Shown here: in pieces, positions 13,788 through 27,600 of the stretch
How the letters are laid out: each line of letters opens with the position of its first letter
Position numbering within the stretch: position 1 is the first letter of the stretch
Source: Eledone cirrhosa
Lineage: Eukaryota
Length of the DNA stretch: 64,000 nt
Direction of reading: 5' to 3'
Assembly (NCBI GenBank): GCA_964016885.1
Contig: OZ024741.1
Location: 215,450,001 to 215,514,000, forward strand
Position numbers and translations under genes: made by a program
The notes under the pieces: model-generated
Databases searched by the model: none
The model's input: the letters and a program-made list of their open reading frames with translations, nothing else
Told to the model about the DNA's origin: nothing

Positions 13788-14687
13788 TATTAACGATTAA
13801 GCAACAACATGAACAGCAGCAAAAACAACTAAAAAGCATCTTTGGAAAACACTTCACGATACATTTAATCTTATTTCATCCAGAGAAATATGGAAATCGC
13901 AGAAAATTGAGTTCGATGAACACAAATACCGTGTAAAGTCAAGAAACCAACGTTTCGGATCCTTGCCCTTCTTCTGAGAATCTGGAAGAGAGGGAGAGAG
14001 AAATAAAGGGGGGATGAGAGCAAGAGTAAATTAAATGAAAAGAGAATAAAATGAAGGAATGCTATGTGATGGCGATTGGGTTACTTGAAGGATATGAAGA
14101 ATTATTTTACAAAGCTTGTTTCATTCGTTTTGTTGTTGTTATTATTATTATTATTTTTTTTTTTTTTCAGCGTTGATTTCACCTCGGTTCCTGAGATTAA
14201 ATTAACCAGGGAAAGAACAAAAGAAGGACGTTGAATTCTTATAGTTGGGTATTGGCAACTATAAGAATTCAAATCTTAAGGTTTGAATGAATTATTTCAT
14301 TCATCAGTAGTCATTCGAATATTGAATATTCTTTATTTTGTTTTTATTTAATTTTTAAACTTGCAAAACCTTTAGCAAAAATAATTTTTTTTTTCTTTTT
14401 TTTTAAAATTAAGATCTGAAATATTTATTCTTTGAAAAATGAAAAAAAAAAAAAGAATGAGGTTCTAGATTTTAAATTAAAATATGTAGCTTGAATTTAT
14501 TATTGTTTGTTTGTTTGTTTTTTTATTTAATTTTCATTCTGTCAATTGTTAAATGCTTTAGAAATGGCGGGCATGATTAATTCGCAGTTTGAATATCTTA
14601 TAACTTTTAAAATATGTAAAACGAAATCACACACACAACAGCAACAACAGCAACTGCAATATTAATAATAATAATAATAATGATGAC

Positions 14688-14728
<41 letters not shown>

Positions 14729-14849
14729 GCAAGGTCAAAAGAAACTGAGATTAACTTTTAGTCAGATGACAAAATGCTGTCAAAAAATTCTTCACTCGAA
14801 ATCCGGTTCAACACGGAACAGAGAAACACACACACACACACACACACAT

Positions 14850-14920
<71 letters not shown>

Positions 14921-15285
14921 AACACACACACACAAACACACACACACAAATAGATACATACAGAGACAAACACACATAAACACACACACAGATATGCACG
15001 CACAGATACACACACAGACACACACACATAAACACACACACACTTAGATATAAACACAGACCCAAACACACATACATACAAACATGCACACATGCGCACA
15101 CACACACAAGCATGCGCATACACGCAACCAAACTCTTATTCATACGCACAACCATACACAGACATACACAGCCGCCTGTCCCTATCTATATATACATGTG
15201 TGTGTGTTTGTGTATTTGTGTGTGTATAAACTGTTTCATATATGGAACACGGTTTAGGGCTGTAGGTAGTATATATATACATATA

Positions 15286-15381
<96 letters not shown>

Positions 15382-15407
15382 CATATATATATGTATATAT
15401 ACATATA

Positions 15408-15453
<46 letters not shown>

Positions 15454-15485
15454 TATTTACATATATATATGTATATATACATATA

Positions 15486-15521
<36 letters not shown>

Positions 15522-15578
15522 TATTTACACATATATATATATGTATGTGTATATATATATATATATAAATATATTTAC

Positions 15579-15629
<51 letters not shown>

Positions 15630-15673
15630 CATATATATATATATATGTATATACATGCATCATATATATATAT

Positions 15674-15713
<40 letters not shown>

Positions 15714-15827
15714 CGACATTTATCTTAGCTCTAATTAAATTCTAATAAGTTATTGAGTACTCCAGGGGAAATTCTCGACTATACACAAATAAACAGACTG
15801 TATATATGTGTGTGTTTGATAGAGAGT

Positions 15828-15921
<94 letters not shown>

Positions 15922-16078
15922 TTAACTATGTGTTTCCATGTGTGTAAGCATGTGGGGGTGAGGGTCTTGGTGTGTGACTGTGTGGGGAGAAGATTTATTT
16001 GTGTATGTGTGTGGCAAAGTGAGAGTTCAATCTCCTAGGGAGGAATTAATAGAGAGTATATATATATATATATATATT

Positions 16079-16277
16079 TATGTATAACAAAGGAATTGTG
16101 GTAAGGAACCAGATGGACCATAACACACCAGAGTACTCAATACTTAGGGTAGTAGAGTGGAAAATAGGAAAAAGAAAGACCCCGACGGCAGAGATCAAGC
16201 CGTTTCGACGGCTATTTCTGTCCAGAAATAGCCGTCGAAACGGCTTGAGCTCTGCCGTCGAGGTCTTACTTTTTCCT
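16079..16277. mobile_element. Fold-back mini-element made of the HHR-bearing terminal repeat of the 32.7-34.1 kb PLE family
   Basis: Homologous to 33940-34080, with an inversion centre at ~16219 and short TA runs on both sides. Similar copies at 29820-29985, 34815-34990 and 36215-36254. Confidence 0.8.
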
Positions 16278-16462
16278 ATATATATGTATATATATATATA
16301 TATATGTTGTTATACTTTGGGAGGGTCATGTTGCCAATAAGAAACACACGCACCAGTTGCTTTCACTTCAATTTAATTTATTATATATTTATAAATTTAC
16401 AAATTTATAAATTTCTGGTTGGTTGGTTGGTTCCACAACCAGATAGTTGTTTATATATATAT

Positions 16463-16507
16463 AGTCATAGTTCTTTCGTCACACACTCTGTGACCTCTTC
16501 AGTGACT
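16463..16507 (-). ncRNA. Type I hammerhead ribozyme in the PLE 3' repeat
   Basis: agtca-CTGAAGA-g-GTCACA(gagtg)TGTGAC-GAAA-G(aa)C-TA-tgact. 5-bp stem I, 6-bp stem II, CUA site. Confidence 0.88.
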
Positions 16508-16812
16508 GGGGATTTCTTTCTTCGTTTCTGTGCCTTTCCTTTCTTCTATCCTACGCCATTTTGTTTGTGTGTGGGTTGCGTGCTCAGTTTGCGCGTGCGC
16601 CACATCCGGGTGTCTGTGTGTGTTTGTGTTCATTTTTCTATTTTTCTATTTATATTTTTCTATTTGTTTGTTTATTTATTTATTTATTGTTGGTTGGTTG
16701 TTTGTTCTATGTGTGTGTGTGTTTTCATTTTGTCTTGTGTGTGTTTTCATTTTGTGTGTGTTTTCAATTGTAAGTTGTTTGTTCTATGTGTGTGTGTGTT
16801 TTTATTTTGTCC

Positions 16813-18410
16813 TTAATTGTAAGTTGTGATGTTGCTGTTCCACTCATATTTTCTATTTAATTTTGGTTTTAATTCTTTTATGCTTACTGCCTCTGTAATT
16901 TGCCTAAACATTGCGTCTTTCTTGTGTGTGGATTCTATTTTTATTTCTATGCTCTCTAATTTACCCCTGTGTTCTATCTTAGCATGTTGGTAGAGCACAG
17001 ATGATTCTTTATTATCTTGGAGGTCTCGCCAGTGTTCATTTATTCGTTCCCCTATACTACGAGCTGTCTCACCTATGTACACTATATTTTTGTTTCTACA
17101 TTGTCCTTCAGTACATCTTATGCTATATACTACATTTCTAGTTTTACAGTTAATATGGGGGCTTATTTTACAGGTTATACATTTCTTATCTATACATGAG
17201 GGTCTTTGGAACGGGTATGTCTTGCTAATAAGTGTTTTTACGGAGGTACCAGGTCTTTCTACTATCTTAATATTGAGATTATGTTTCTTTAGGGACCTTC
17301 TAAATTTGTAGGCTAGTTCGCCTCTAGGGGTTGTATTGATGAACATTACACTCTGGTATTTATTGCTATCATACCATGAGTTTATTCTATTGGCCTTGTT
17401 CTTAGTTCTTTCTATTCTATTCCAAAATTTGCTCCTATACAAGGGGCAGGTCCCATTTATGTCATTATTTACCATTTTTTCCCATTTGGTTCTGGCTCCT
17501 TTATACACTCTGATTCTATCTCTCTGATTGTAGCCAGAGAACTGCATACGGTGGATGAAGTGTTGTATGTGTCTCTCTAGTTCTTCGGGGTTGCACATGC
17601 GGGACACATTTCTCATCACCCGTACCAAATCCGCAATCAGTATGTTGATTTTGGTATGGTCCGAAATGGCCGAGTTTCGGTGGATCAGGTGTTTGGAAGT
17701 CATGGGTTTGGCATAATGGGAATGGAGGATTTGTTTTTGGTTGTTAATTGTATCTAACCAGAGCTCTGTGTCTAGTACAGGTAATCGATGGTTGGGGTGT
17801 CTACTTGGGTAGTCTATAGTAACTCTAATGCTCTGGTGGATGGAGTTTGCTATTTGCTGGATGCTTTCCATTGTGTTTTTCTCTAGTTCCTGACTGTTCT
17901 TTAGTGGGGGTGTCTTAACTACGATGTTTATATCATCTACGTAGCGGGAGTACATTATCAGGGTTAAGCTGTCTTCTAATTGTTCATTAAGTTTTTGTTT
18001 AAGTCTACTGTCCCACCATACCATGAATAAGTTAGCTATGTCGCCTGCAATGCTAACACCAATGGCTGCTCCTTCCTCTTGGGCATATGTTTTACCATTA
18101 AATTTGAACATATGTTCCTTAAGGGTTAATTTTATGCTGGCCCCTACCGCATGTGCAATCATTTTCTTCAGTTCATCGTGGTTTTCGGGTGTCCGTATGG
18201 CTCTGGTCCACCCGTTCCATCTATCTGTGTGGGTTTTCTTGGCCATTGAGGTAATGGTAGGTGGTCTGCCTCTTGCTGGTCTTGTAGGGCACAGGTTGCT
18301 AAGGTCATAAGTGTCTAGGTAACTATTACTATGGGTAAGCTTAAGTAGAAGTCCCAGCTCACTGGTATCAATCCCACGGAACTCAACCTTGCTCTCGCTG
18401 ATCATTTCGA
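16813..18410 (-). CDS. PLE reverse transcriptase (motif A missing through truncation) plus C-terminal GIY-YIG endonuclease
   Basis: YAQEEGAAIGVSIAGDIANLFM, RYVDDI, LPVLD, YAKP, Cys-rich linker CIDKKCITC, VVYSIRC...VYIGETARSIGERINEH. Open for ~530 codons; the ATG given in the ORF track lies at the inversion junction. Confidence 0.95.
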
Positions 18411-18696
18411 TATGATATATAAACAACTATCTGGTTGTGGAACCAACCAACCAACCAGAAATTTATAAATTTGTAAATTTATAAATATATAATAAATTAA
18501 ATTGAAGTGAAAGCAACTGGTGCGTGTGTTTCTTATTGGCAACATGACCCTCCCAAAGTATAACAATATCGGTTTCAACACACGATTTCAGATAAAGAAT
18601 CTTGCTAAACAAATTCAGAAACGATATATATATATGTATATATATATATAAATATATATATATATAGATATATGTATATATATATTTATATATATG

Positions 18697-18748
<52 letters not shown>

Positions 18749-19239
18749 TATATATATATATATATACACACACACGCACATACATATATATATATATGAG
18801 AAAGAGAGTGTGTGAGATATGGTGACAGACAGGGAGACGAGGTAGAGAGAGAGAGTAAAAGAAAGTGAGAGTATGAGAAAGAAACTATTATGTGAGTGTG
18901 ATAATTGTGAGAGGGTGAGAATGTGGAGAGGGTGAGAGTCGTGCGACAATGGGAGTTGTGAGAGGGTGAAAGTGGTAAAGTGGTGTTAAGTAGAAAGTTA
19001 TATGAGGGTGAGTGTTTCGAGAAGGTCAGCATTGTGAGGGTGAGTGTGGTGAGGAGGTGAGTGCCGTGAGAGGGCGAGAGTGATAGAGGTGTAATAATCT
19101 GGAGAGAGTAAGATGTGTGAGAAAATGGAAGTTGTGAGGGGGTAAGAATTGTGAGAGGGTAAAAATTGTGAGAGGGTAAGAATTGTGAGAGGAAGATAGT
19201 TGTGTGAGAGTCATGAGGTATAAATGATAAAGAATTTGG

Positions 19240-19712
19240 AGAGAAGGTGAGAATTCTAAGGGGAAGACAGTTGTGTGTGAATGACAGTCATGAGGTAAAA
19301 ATCAAAAAAAGGGTGAGATATTTTGGAGAGAAGGTGAGAATTCTAAAGGGAAGACAGTTGTGTGAGAATGACAGTCATGAGGTAAAAATCAAAAAAAGGG
19401 TGAGATATTTTGGAGAGAGGGTGAGAATTCTAAGAGCAAGAGAGTTGTGTGAGAAAGACAGCCATGAGGTAAAAATCAAAAACAGGGTGAGATATTTTGG
19501 AGAGAGGGTGAGAATTCTAAGAGCAAGAGAGTTGTGTGAGAAAGACAGCCACGAGGTAAAAATCAAAAACAGGGTGAGATATTTTGGAGAGAGGGTGAGA
19601 ATTCTAAGAGCAAGAGAGTTGTGTGAGAAAGACAACCATGAGGTAAAAATCAAAAACAGGGTGAGATATTTTGGAGAGAATGTGAGAATTGTCAGAGAGC
19701 AAAGAGTTGTGA
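19240..19712. repeat. 87-bp tandem repeat, ~5 copies
   Basis: gtgagaatt recurs with period 87 from 19247. Preceded by a degenerate ~21-bp gtgagagggt repeat (~18880-19210). Confidence 0.93.
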
Positions 19713-19961
19713 CTTAATTTGTTTTAGTAACTTTGTAGATGTTCGACTTCAGAATTTTGCATGAAATCGTGGCAATAAGAGGAAATGAAGATCTCTATAA
19801 ACTGATAAATGTTCACATATTACATCCCATCTTACCCTCTCCACCGCTTTATTTTACCGCCTACGCCTTCCTCTTATTCAGAATCTCACTCGCTACCACC
19901 ACCTCTCCTCTCTCTTTCATTACATCACTTTCTCTCTCCAAACATGTATATATAGATAGGC

Positions 19962-20031
<70 letters not shown>

Positions 20032-20289
20032 GTGTCAGGTCACTCTTGAGGGCTACTTGTAACATGTAAACCAGTACAACCTGTCGCATGATCGGGTCGT
20101 CGGCGATTAAACTGGCAACCCCACCAAGTTTACATGGCGAGGAGGGTGATTTTGGACACCGTGCAGGACAAAAAACAAAATCTGACAAAGGGCGGCAGAA
20201 CTGATAAGAGTGAACCGCTATCCAAAAATGTGTAATTATATATATACACATGTACATATGTATATGTATGTGTATACGAGTGTATATGC

Positions 20290-21047
20290 CTGGGGTGTCA
20301 GGGAGGAGCATGTACCTCTGTAGGGGTGGGTGGGGGGTGGTGGTGGTGGTGGGGGGGGGGGGTAGCCATGCCCTTTTCAAGACAGCTCGTACTGCATTGG
20401 GTCCCACCTGATACTCAGCTCTCACTCACGTATGACCCCAAGACGTTGTAGCATGCGACAGCAGCAACACCACCCCGGTAAACCACCTTGGCTGGCGGGC
20501 CGAACCCGGTTAAGGGTAGCCGGACGGGTCTGAACACCCCACCCACCCCTGTGAGTTAGATAGGGGATGCCTGCCCCTGCATGCGAAGACTGGACATGGC
20601 AGAGTCATTGGAGGAGGACAACATTGTCCCAACGGTCACGAGGGCGGCGACAGCAAGTGGTGTGGCGGGCTAGGGCACGGTAAGGCACTACAGACGTCGT
20701 GGCCATCCACTGCAGCCAAGGAAGTCCCTAGTCGTGACGGTCCTCCGTACCACCGGTTTCTGGCTTCTGCGGCCGAGTGAGTGGGACCGTCACTGTACAC
20801 TGGCCCTCCCACTATAAACCTTTCCCGCACAGGTTTCTTCTTTAGCGTGCACTCCCAAAGCCCTGCGGTGATGGGCGAGAGGTGGAGATAAACTCTGGGA
20901 GTTGCCAGTCTGACTTCGGTCTCTTCCCCTGCCTCCACTGTCCTCGGACCTGCAGGTCAAGGATCGGCCTCCACAACCACCTTCGTGCCCACGTCAGACG
21001 GGAACAACAATAAAGAAGATGTCATCATCGTTTACGATGGACAACCA

Positions 21048-21050
<3 letters not shown>
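20290..21050 (+). mobile_element. GC-rich non-coding insert, probably an RTE-derived non-autonomous element
   Basis: GC island ending at a (TA)n tract with no meaningful ORF. Resembles RTE 5' UTR-derived repeats from memory only. Confidence 0.4.
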
Positions 21051-21109
<59 letters not shown>

Positions 21110-21114
<5 letters not shown>

Positions 21115-21572
21115 TAAGTATGTATACGTACATACATATATGTATACAGACGTACAGTAGTATGTATATATATACATACATGCACACATATATATATGTA
21201 CGTATGGATTTACCGAACATTTATTATAATGCTCGGTTTGATTGTAAACAAACATCCCGAATTAAGCCGTACAGTGTTTAGCAACCATCGTTGCCGTTTT
21301 ATTCAACGCTGACAAAGGAACACTGTACTAGTTTCAAATTTATTAGCTATTGTCAGCACCATATACCTTCCTGCCAGATGTGTTTGTTTACAAACAAACC
21401 GAGCATTCTAATAAATGTTCGGTAAATCCATACGTACATATATATGTGTGCATGTATGTATATATATATACATACTACTGTACGTCTGTATACATATATG
21501 TATGTACGTATACATACTTATATTTAAGTAACTAAGAGTTAAAAATGAAATTTCGTTTCATTTTTTCCATTT
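21110..21572. mobile_element. Fold-back copy of the 28.5-kb HHR element with a degraded ribozyme (~21321-21362 minus)
   Basis: 21110-21255 is inverted at ~21380-21528. The core is mutated to CTGACAA and stem II is broken. Confidence 0.8.
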
Positions 21573-21602
21573 ATATATATATATATATATATATATACAT
21601 AC

Positions 21603-21711
<109 letters not shown>

Positions 21712-21818
21712 TATAGATATATATATCTACACATATATATTTATTAAAATAACAGATTAAAGTTTAAGCAAAGAATCGCTGCTTTCACCCTCATTATCAT
21801 AATAATAATTATTATTAT

Positions 21819-22237
21819 TTTTCTTTGAGTCTCAGTCATTGATGTTATTTAACTGGAAAGTTTGTTGAAATGAATATCAACCCACTACCTGCAGCCTCAG
21901 ATATCCAGGACGTATCGGAGGATTCTTGCTGTTCCCATCAAGCATGCCTTTTGAAGTGTTCCAAAAAGCTGGGCTGGAGTAATTTTCTTTAACCATCCCT
22001 GGAAACTCTTTGAGATAGTACCTAGTGCGCCTATGACACTTTGACTTCATGGCAGTTCCAAATCCTTTTTACCTCCCACTTTAAGTCCTGGTATCGGTTA
22101 ATGTTCTCCCTCTCCTTCTCTTGCACTCTCGTGTCAAATGGGCAGTCTACATCTACAATCAGGCACGATCTTTTTTCCTTGTCCAAAACCACCTAGTCAG
22201 GTCTATTGTGTTCAAGTTTCTTGTCCGTCTGTATCCT
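21819..22237 (-). pseudogene. 3' fragment of an R4/Dong-clade non-LTR retrotransposon (restriction-like endonuclease), not in the ORF track
   Basis: Manual translation 22234-21897: IQTDKKLEHNRPD*VVLDKEKRSCLIVDVDCPFD...YQDLKWEVKRIW [frameshift] IGALGTI...LQKACLMGTARILRYVLDI*. Flanked by TAA/TTA repeats. Confidence 0.88.
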
Positions 22238-22467
22238 ATTATTATTATTATTGAATGCCATGGTTGACGGAGGCTCGGCTCTGTAAGGTATTGTAAATTT
22301 TGACCGCTATAACAATTGTAAATTGTTTAAAACTTTAACCAAATCGTAGACAAAAACACCCTCCTCCTCGTGAGAAGGGTCTTTCTGCCCGTTATTTAGC
22401 CCTTCGGGGTTAAATAACCGCTTATTGGGGTTTTGTGCCCAATATTTATTTTAAAAAAAACAAAAAC

Positions 22468-24609
22468 ATGGCTACGAAAGAGAATTTTCATAGGTCACTC
22501 CCACTCATTCCGTCTTCTTCTTCCTCAATCGTCACTACAGCAGAGAGAAGATTGTCTCTCTCCCTCGCTTCTCTAAATGTGTCTCTCTCCCTCCCTTCTC
22601 TTTCGCAAGCGACGCCAGAAAAGAAAAATCACGTGCAAAGCGTGCAAGATTTCTCCACGACGACGACGACAACGACGAAAAAGATGTGCGGGAAATACGA
22701 AAACCCATTTCATTGGTCTGACGTCATGAATAATAGCATTAGCAGCTGTAATAACAGAGGCAGCAGCAACAGTGACAAGGAAAACAACAGTAGCAGCCGC
22801 AACGGCATCAGCAGCAGCATAAACAACAACAGCATTAGCAGCAACGGCAACAACAACAGCAGCAGCAGCAGCAACAACAACAACAACCACAGCAACAGCG
22901 GCGGCGGCAGTAGTCGTAGTACCTGCAGCAACAACAAAAGTAACAGAAGCTCTGACGACAACAACAACAACAACAGCAGCAAAGTAAAAAAACCAATCTC
23001 GTTTGCAGGTATCGCAAAGAACCTGGAAACCATCCTCATAACAAATGAGGAATTACAGGAAGCGAAGAAGATGGTGACGAAAACCGGACACCGAGCAATC
23101 TGCAAGGCAGCCGAAAATTTTTTCGAAACCCAACAGCACTGTACGGTCACGTACCGTACAGTAAGCACAAAATCCCGTAGGGTTGTAAGAGCCACAGAGG
23201 CTCAAATACAAAAAGCCTTAGGGTCTGTGTGGCAGCCGAAAATGCATATCACCCGAGGCAAGAAATATGCCACCGTAGACGTGCTTTTTGCCACACCCCA
23301 AGAGGCAAAGGCTCAATCCTTAGTGACCCTAAGGAGCGAGGAAATGGTGTTGGTGCCCTCCTACTGCGGGCAAAAAATTGTGAGGGTCAAACTGACCCAC
23401 GTCCCCCCCGGGATGACCCCTTCTTGGCTGGCCGCGTCTGTCCTCGTCGGAATCGAGGACAAAACAACTGTACTGCAAGTACAGAAAAAAGAAAGAGAAG
23501 ATTGGGTCGGCACCTCCATTGAGATGTTAATCCAAACCAACCAGGAGTGCATCGAAGCTATCCCGGATGTGATAGACTTCGATAACGGCACTCAACTGCC
23601 CATAAGTGTTGAGGGCAAACGCACGAAATGCTTTCGCTGTGGATCGAAGACTCACCTCAGGGTCTTCTGCAGCGAGAAGACCCTGAGAAAGGAGAAAACC
23701 CCCCTCCTTCCGAAACCGGCTCCACGGCTACCAGCAACAACACAAGCGGCAACCAGGAACGATAGGTCCGTGGCACCCATACCCACGCCACGGAAATCAA
23801 GAACAGCAGCAGCAGTAGAAGTATTAACAACAACAACAGTAATACCAAATGCAACAGAGACTCCACTGCAAACATCACCAACAACAACAAGTGAAAGAGT
23901 GGAGCTGGTACCCCTTCCCGACCTCACAGAATCAGACATGGAGTGTGAGGTGGGAGAGGGATGGCAAAAGGTCGTAAGAAGGCACAAACGCAGAAGCAGC
24001 GCATCGTCGCCTTCGAAAAGGGAGGAAAGAAATGAAAAAAGGGTAAAGGCTACTGCAAAGAGACTCACAGCAGCAACACCACCAACGCCATCACCACCCA
24101 CACTAGCACCACCATCACCACCGGCGACAATCCCACCGCCAACAACAACAACACCTTCAACACCACCACCACAAGCACCAACATCGTAGACACAACAACA
24201 AAACACACACACCCAGCAACAACGACAAGAAAATAGCAGAACCACACCCCACCCCCAGAAAAACAAATGCACGGCAATAAATACACACAACAAGAAACTA
24301 ATGACTTACATAATTGAACACACAGACATGTCACAGCACGACTACATAATACCAGCACCAATCAAAACGCCAACGAACATAAGACTGGTAAAAATAGCAC
24401 AGAAACAATACACAAATATTAAAACGAAATTCCCCAACGCAGTTGGTGATTTCAGAGACGTAGGAGGGACTCTCAACCGGAGAGTATATTTGGACATACT
24501 CATAGAAGAGCCGACGACCAGCCGAAGGGACGATTCAACGGTCCCTTCACCAGACGATCAAGTGAAAAAGGATGGAGAAACCATCCTTCCTCTACGAAAA
24601 GTACGGTAA
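22468..24609 (+). pseudogene. LINE ORF1 (gag-like zinc knuckle) with one in-frame TAG at 24187-24189
   Basis: CFRCGSKTHLRVFC. The frame stays open after the TAG and joins the 24301-24609 ORF. Asn/Ser- and Thr/Pro-rich linkers. Confidence 0.8.
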
Positions 24610-24644
24610 GTGGTCTTTCCCATCTTTTCCACTCCATTTTAAAC

Positions 24645-27600
24645 ATGACCTCACTCAGAATAGGCAGCATTAATGCGCGTGGCTTGGGGTCGTCATGGAA
24701 GCAAGGTCACATGCTCAACGACCTCAGGTCACTAAACATAGATGTAGTGTCCATCAGCAAGACCAGAATCTCCGAAGCACGGGCCTTCGCACCGATCTTC
24801 GGCGGCTACGATGTGTACGCATCTCCCAGCCGTCCTGGATCGGGGGGAGGAGTTGCTGTGCTTTTTAGGAGAGGTTTGGATCTCGCCATACGGGCCATCT
24901 TCCTGGACCCAGAGGGTAAGTTGTTGGTGCTGGACGTGACCAGCGGAGACGGGCAAGCTTTCAGGCTAGTGGCCGTCTATGCCCCGACAGGAGCAGGGCA
25001 GCCTGATTTCTTCTGGCGTCTGGAGACCTTTCTTGGAACGTCCCGCTCTTTAGTGTTAGTGGGCGACTGGAACGGGATCTTAGATGCACGCTGGGACAAT
25101 GTGGGATTAGCGGATAGGGGTGGAGTGTGCAAGAGCCTCACCAACCTGCTCAGGCGTTTTGAACTGTCTGACAGGTACCGATTGGATTTCCCGAATGTGC
25201 CAATGTGGACTTGGACAAATCGCATAGGGTCATCCAGATCATATCTAGATAGAGTATTTTGTAGGGAAATAGATAGGTCTAGCATAGGCTGTCCACAATT
25301 CAAGATAGTCAGCTACACGGACCACAAATTCGTGATCTGTGTGCTTGACTTAGATAGGCTTCATAGACGAGGAACCGGCTACTGGAAGCTAAACGCGTCC
25401 TTACCAGCGCGCAAGGCCTACAGAGACCGGATTAGCGAACTAGTTAAGCGGGCGTTGACGGGGGCCATCGTCAATAACAAGTGGTGGATTGCTCTGAAAA
25501 GAGCGATTAGAATAGAATCCATTAGGTTTAGTAAGGCTTTAGCAATAGAGAAAAATAGAGCAGAGGGAGAACTAGTTAGAAAATTAGACGAGGCGCTTAG
25601 CAAAGGCATCGCGACCGACGTGCTTGCGGCGAAATTGGCCCTTGACCAATTCTTCAATGCAAAGCACGAAGGCTGCGTTGTTAGAGCTAGGGTGCGTGCT
25701 CTCAGACACGAGGGGACGAAAGCCGTTCAATGGGCCCGAGTAGCGGAGGCGCGTCGTGGCAACAAAGCCACGATCCGATCTTTGGTGGACCACGACGGGC
25801 GCATGCTACTCGATCCCGGGCAAATGTGTGAAGCTTTTCAGCGACACTTTTCTCAGCTGTTCGGGGGCAGCGGTGGGTCGGGTCGAGGGATGGACTCTAT
25901 TGTCTACCTCGACGGACTGCCGCGGCTCTCGGCCACTGAGGCGGAGTGTTGCGAAAAGCCGATAACAGCCGCTGAAGTACTGGAGGCAATGACTGGCTGC
26001 ACAAGGGGTAAATCGCCTGGTTTGGATGGTCTGCCCTATGAACTTTACGTACAGATGCTAGACTTGTTCGGAGGCCTCTTGGCGGACGTCTACTGCAACT
26101 GGCAACAGAACGGGAGAATTCCCAGCTCTGTGAGCCGAGAAGCGGTGGCACTGCTGAGAAAGGATCTGAACAAGGGGATAACATAGATAATTTCAGGCCC
26201 ATAACTCTGCTAAACACAGAGTTCAAGATTTTGGCCAAGGTACTAGCAAAGAGGTTGGCCCTTGTCGTTGGTGGTCTGGTGGGAGAGGCGCAGACATGCG
26301 CCATTCCCGACAGATCCATCCACGACAACCTCCACCTCATGCGATACATCGTAGAGATGGTAGCTAGGGAACCTGCCACGGGTGGGTCCTTGATCAATTT
26401 AGATCAGTTGAAAGCTTTCGATAGGGTCGACCATCGTTACCTAGCGGCAGTCCTGAGGGCGGCTGGCTTTGGGTCCGTCTTCAGAGGCTGGATCGCTGCC
26501 ATGCACAGCGACATCTGCTCTGTGGTGAGAGTGAGCGGTCACCTGTCGGAACCGTTCAACATCATGCGCTCGGTCCGCCAAGGATGTCCCCTCTCGTCCC
26601 TCTTGTACGTATTGACTCTCGAGCCATTACTGCACAAACTGGAGACGTTGAGGGGCGTTCCGCGCGAACTAGGATGCGGAAGATCCGTATCAGCATATGC
26701 GGACGATGTCACCGTAGTGGTGTCGAACGCCAAACACATCCGGCGATCGGCACTACACTAAGAGAATACGAAGCGGTGACAGGAGCAATGATCAACCAGG
26801 AAAAGTCAGTGGGCCTGCAGCTCGGCACCTGGAGAGGCAGGTCCATGCCGTCCAAAGGCGTCGTCGGACGCTGGACGGAGGGACCGGTTAAATTGCTAGG
26901 GGTCTGGTTCGGTCCAGACCTCCAGACGGACAAAATCTGGGACGAGGTGACGAGCAGCGTGGCTTCTCTCACCCAGAAATGGGCGGAGAGGAAGCTATGC
27001 CTGAAAGGTCGAGCGGAGGTGGCTAACGCGTACATCGCGTCTGTCATCTGCTACCTCCTGACCGTCGTACCTTGTCCTAAGCCCCGCCTGACTGCGCTGG
27101 ATCGTTTGCTCTTTCGCTTTTTGTGGAAGGGACGCGCTCCGATGGTCAGGCGGTCCATCTGTTGTCAACACCCGCTACGTGGAGGGCTGGGCATGCCGTG
27201 GCTGATGATGCGCAGGCACGCGCTCAGGCTACGACATATCCACCTCTTGCTCGACGGTGATCAGGTGTGGTCGCCGTTTGCTCGACGCGTCTTTCCCCAG
27301 CTCATCTTCTTGACGGAGCTGCAGTCCTGGGTCAAGCGAAGACCGAGAGGGAGCGCTTGGAGACTGGAATGTCTTCAGGCGCTCACAGCCCTCGACCAAT
27401 CGGGCAATGTGATCGGTGGAAACTCCACCTCGGCGTTCTATAGAGAATTAGTGGAGGGGAAGAGCGACGACGTACTTGGGGAAACTCTAGGCGTCGACGA
27501 AAATCAACTAGCCAATCTCTTCGGAAGAACTTTCGGGCCGGGGCCTATGGACAACTTCCAGAAATCTCTGGCCTGGCAGTGCTACCGAGGAGCCTTGCCA

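Larger units (their letters stand above)
16307..18624 (-). mobile_element. 5'-truncated Penelope-like retroelement with inverted pseudo-LTR, inserted in (TA)n
   Basis: RT plus GIY-YIG ORF. Segment ~16307-16458 is repeated inverted at ~18415-18565 with an extra tail to 18624. HHR in the 3' UTR. Confidence 0.93.
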
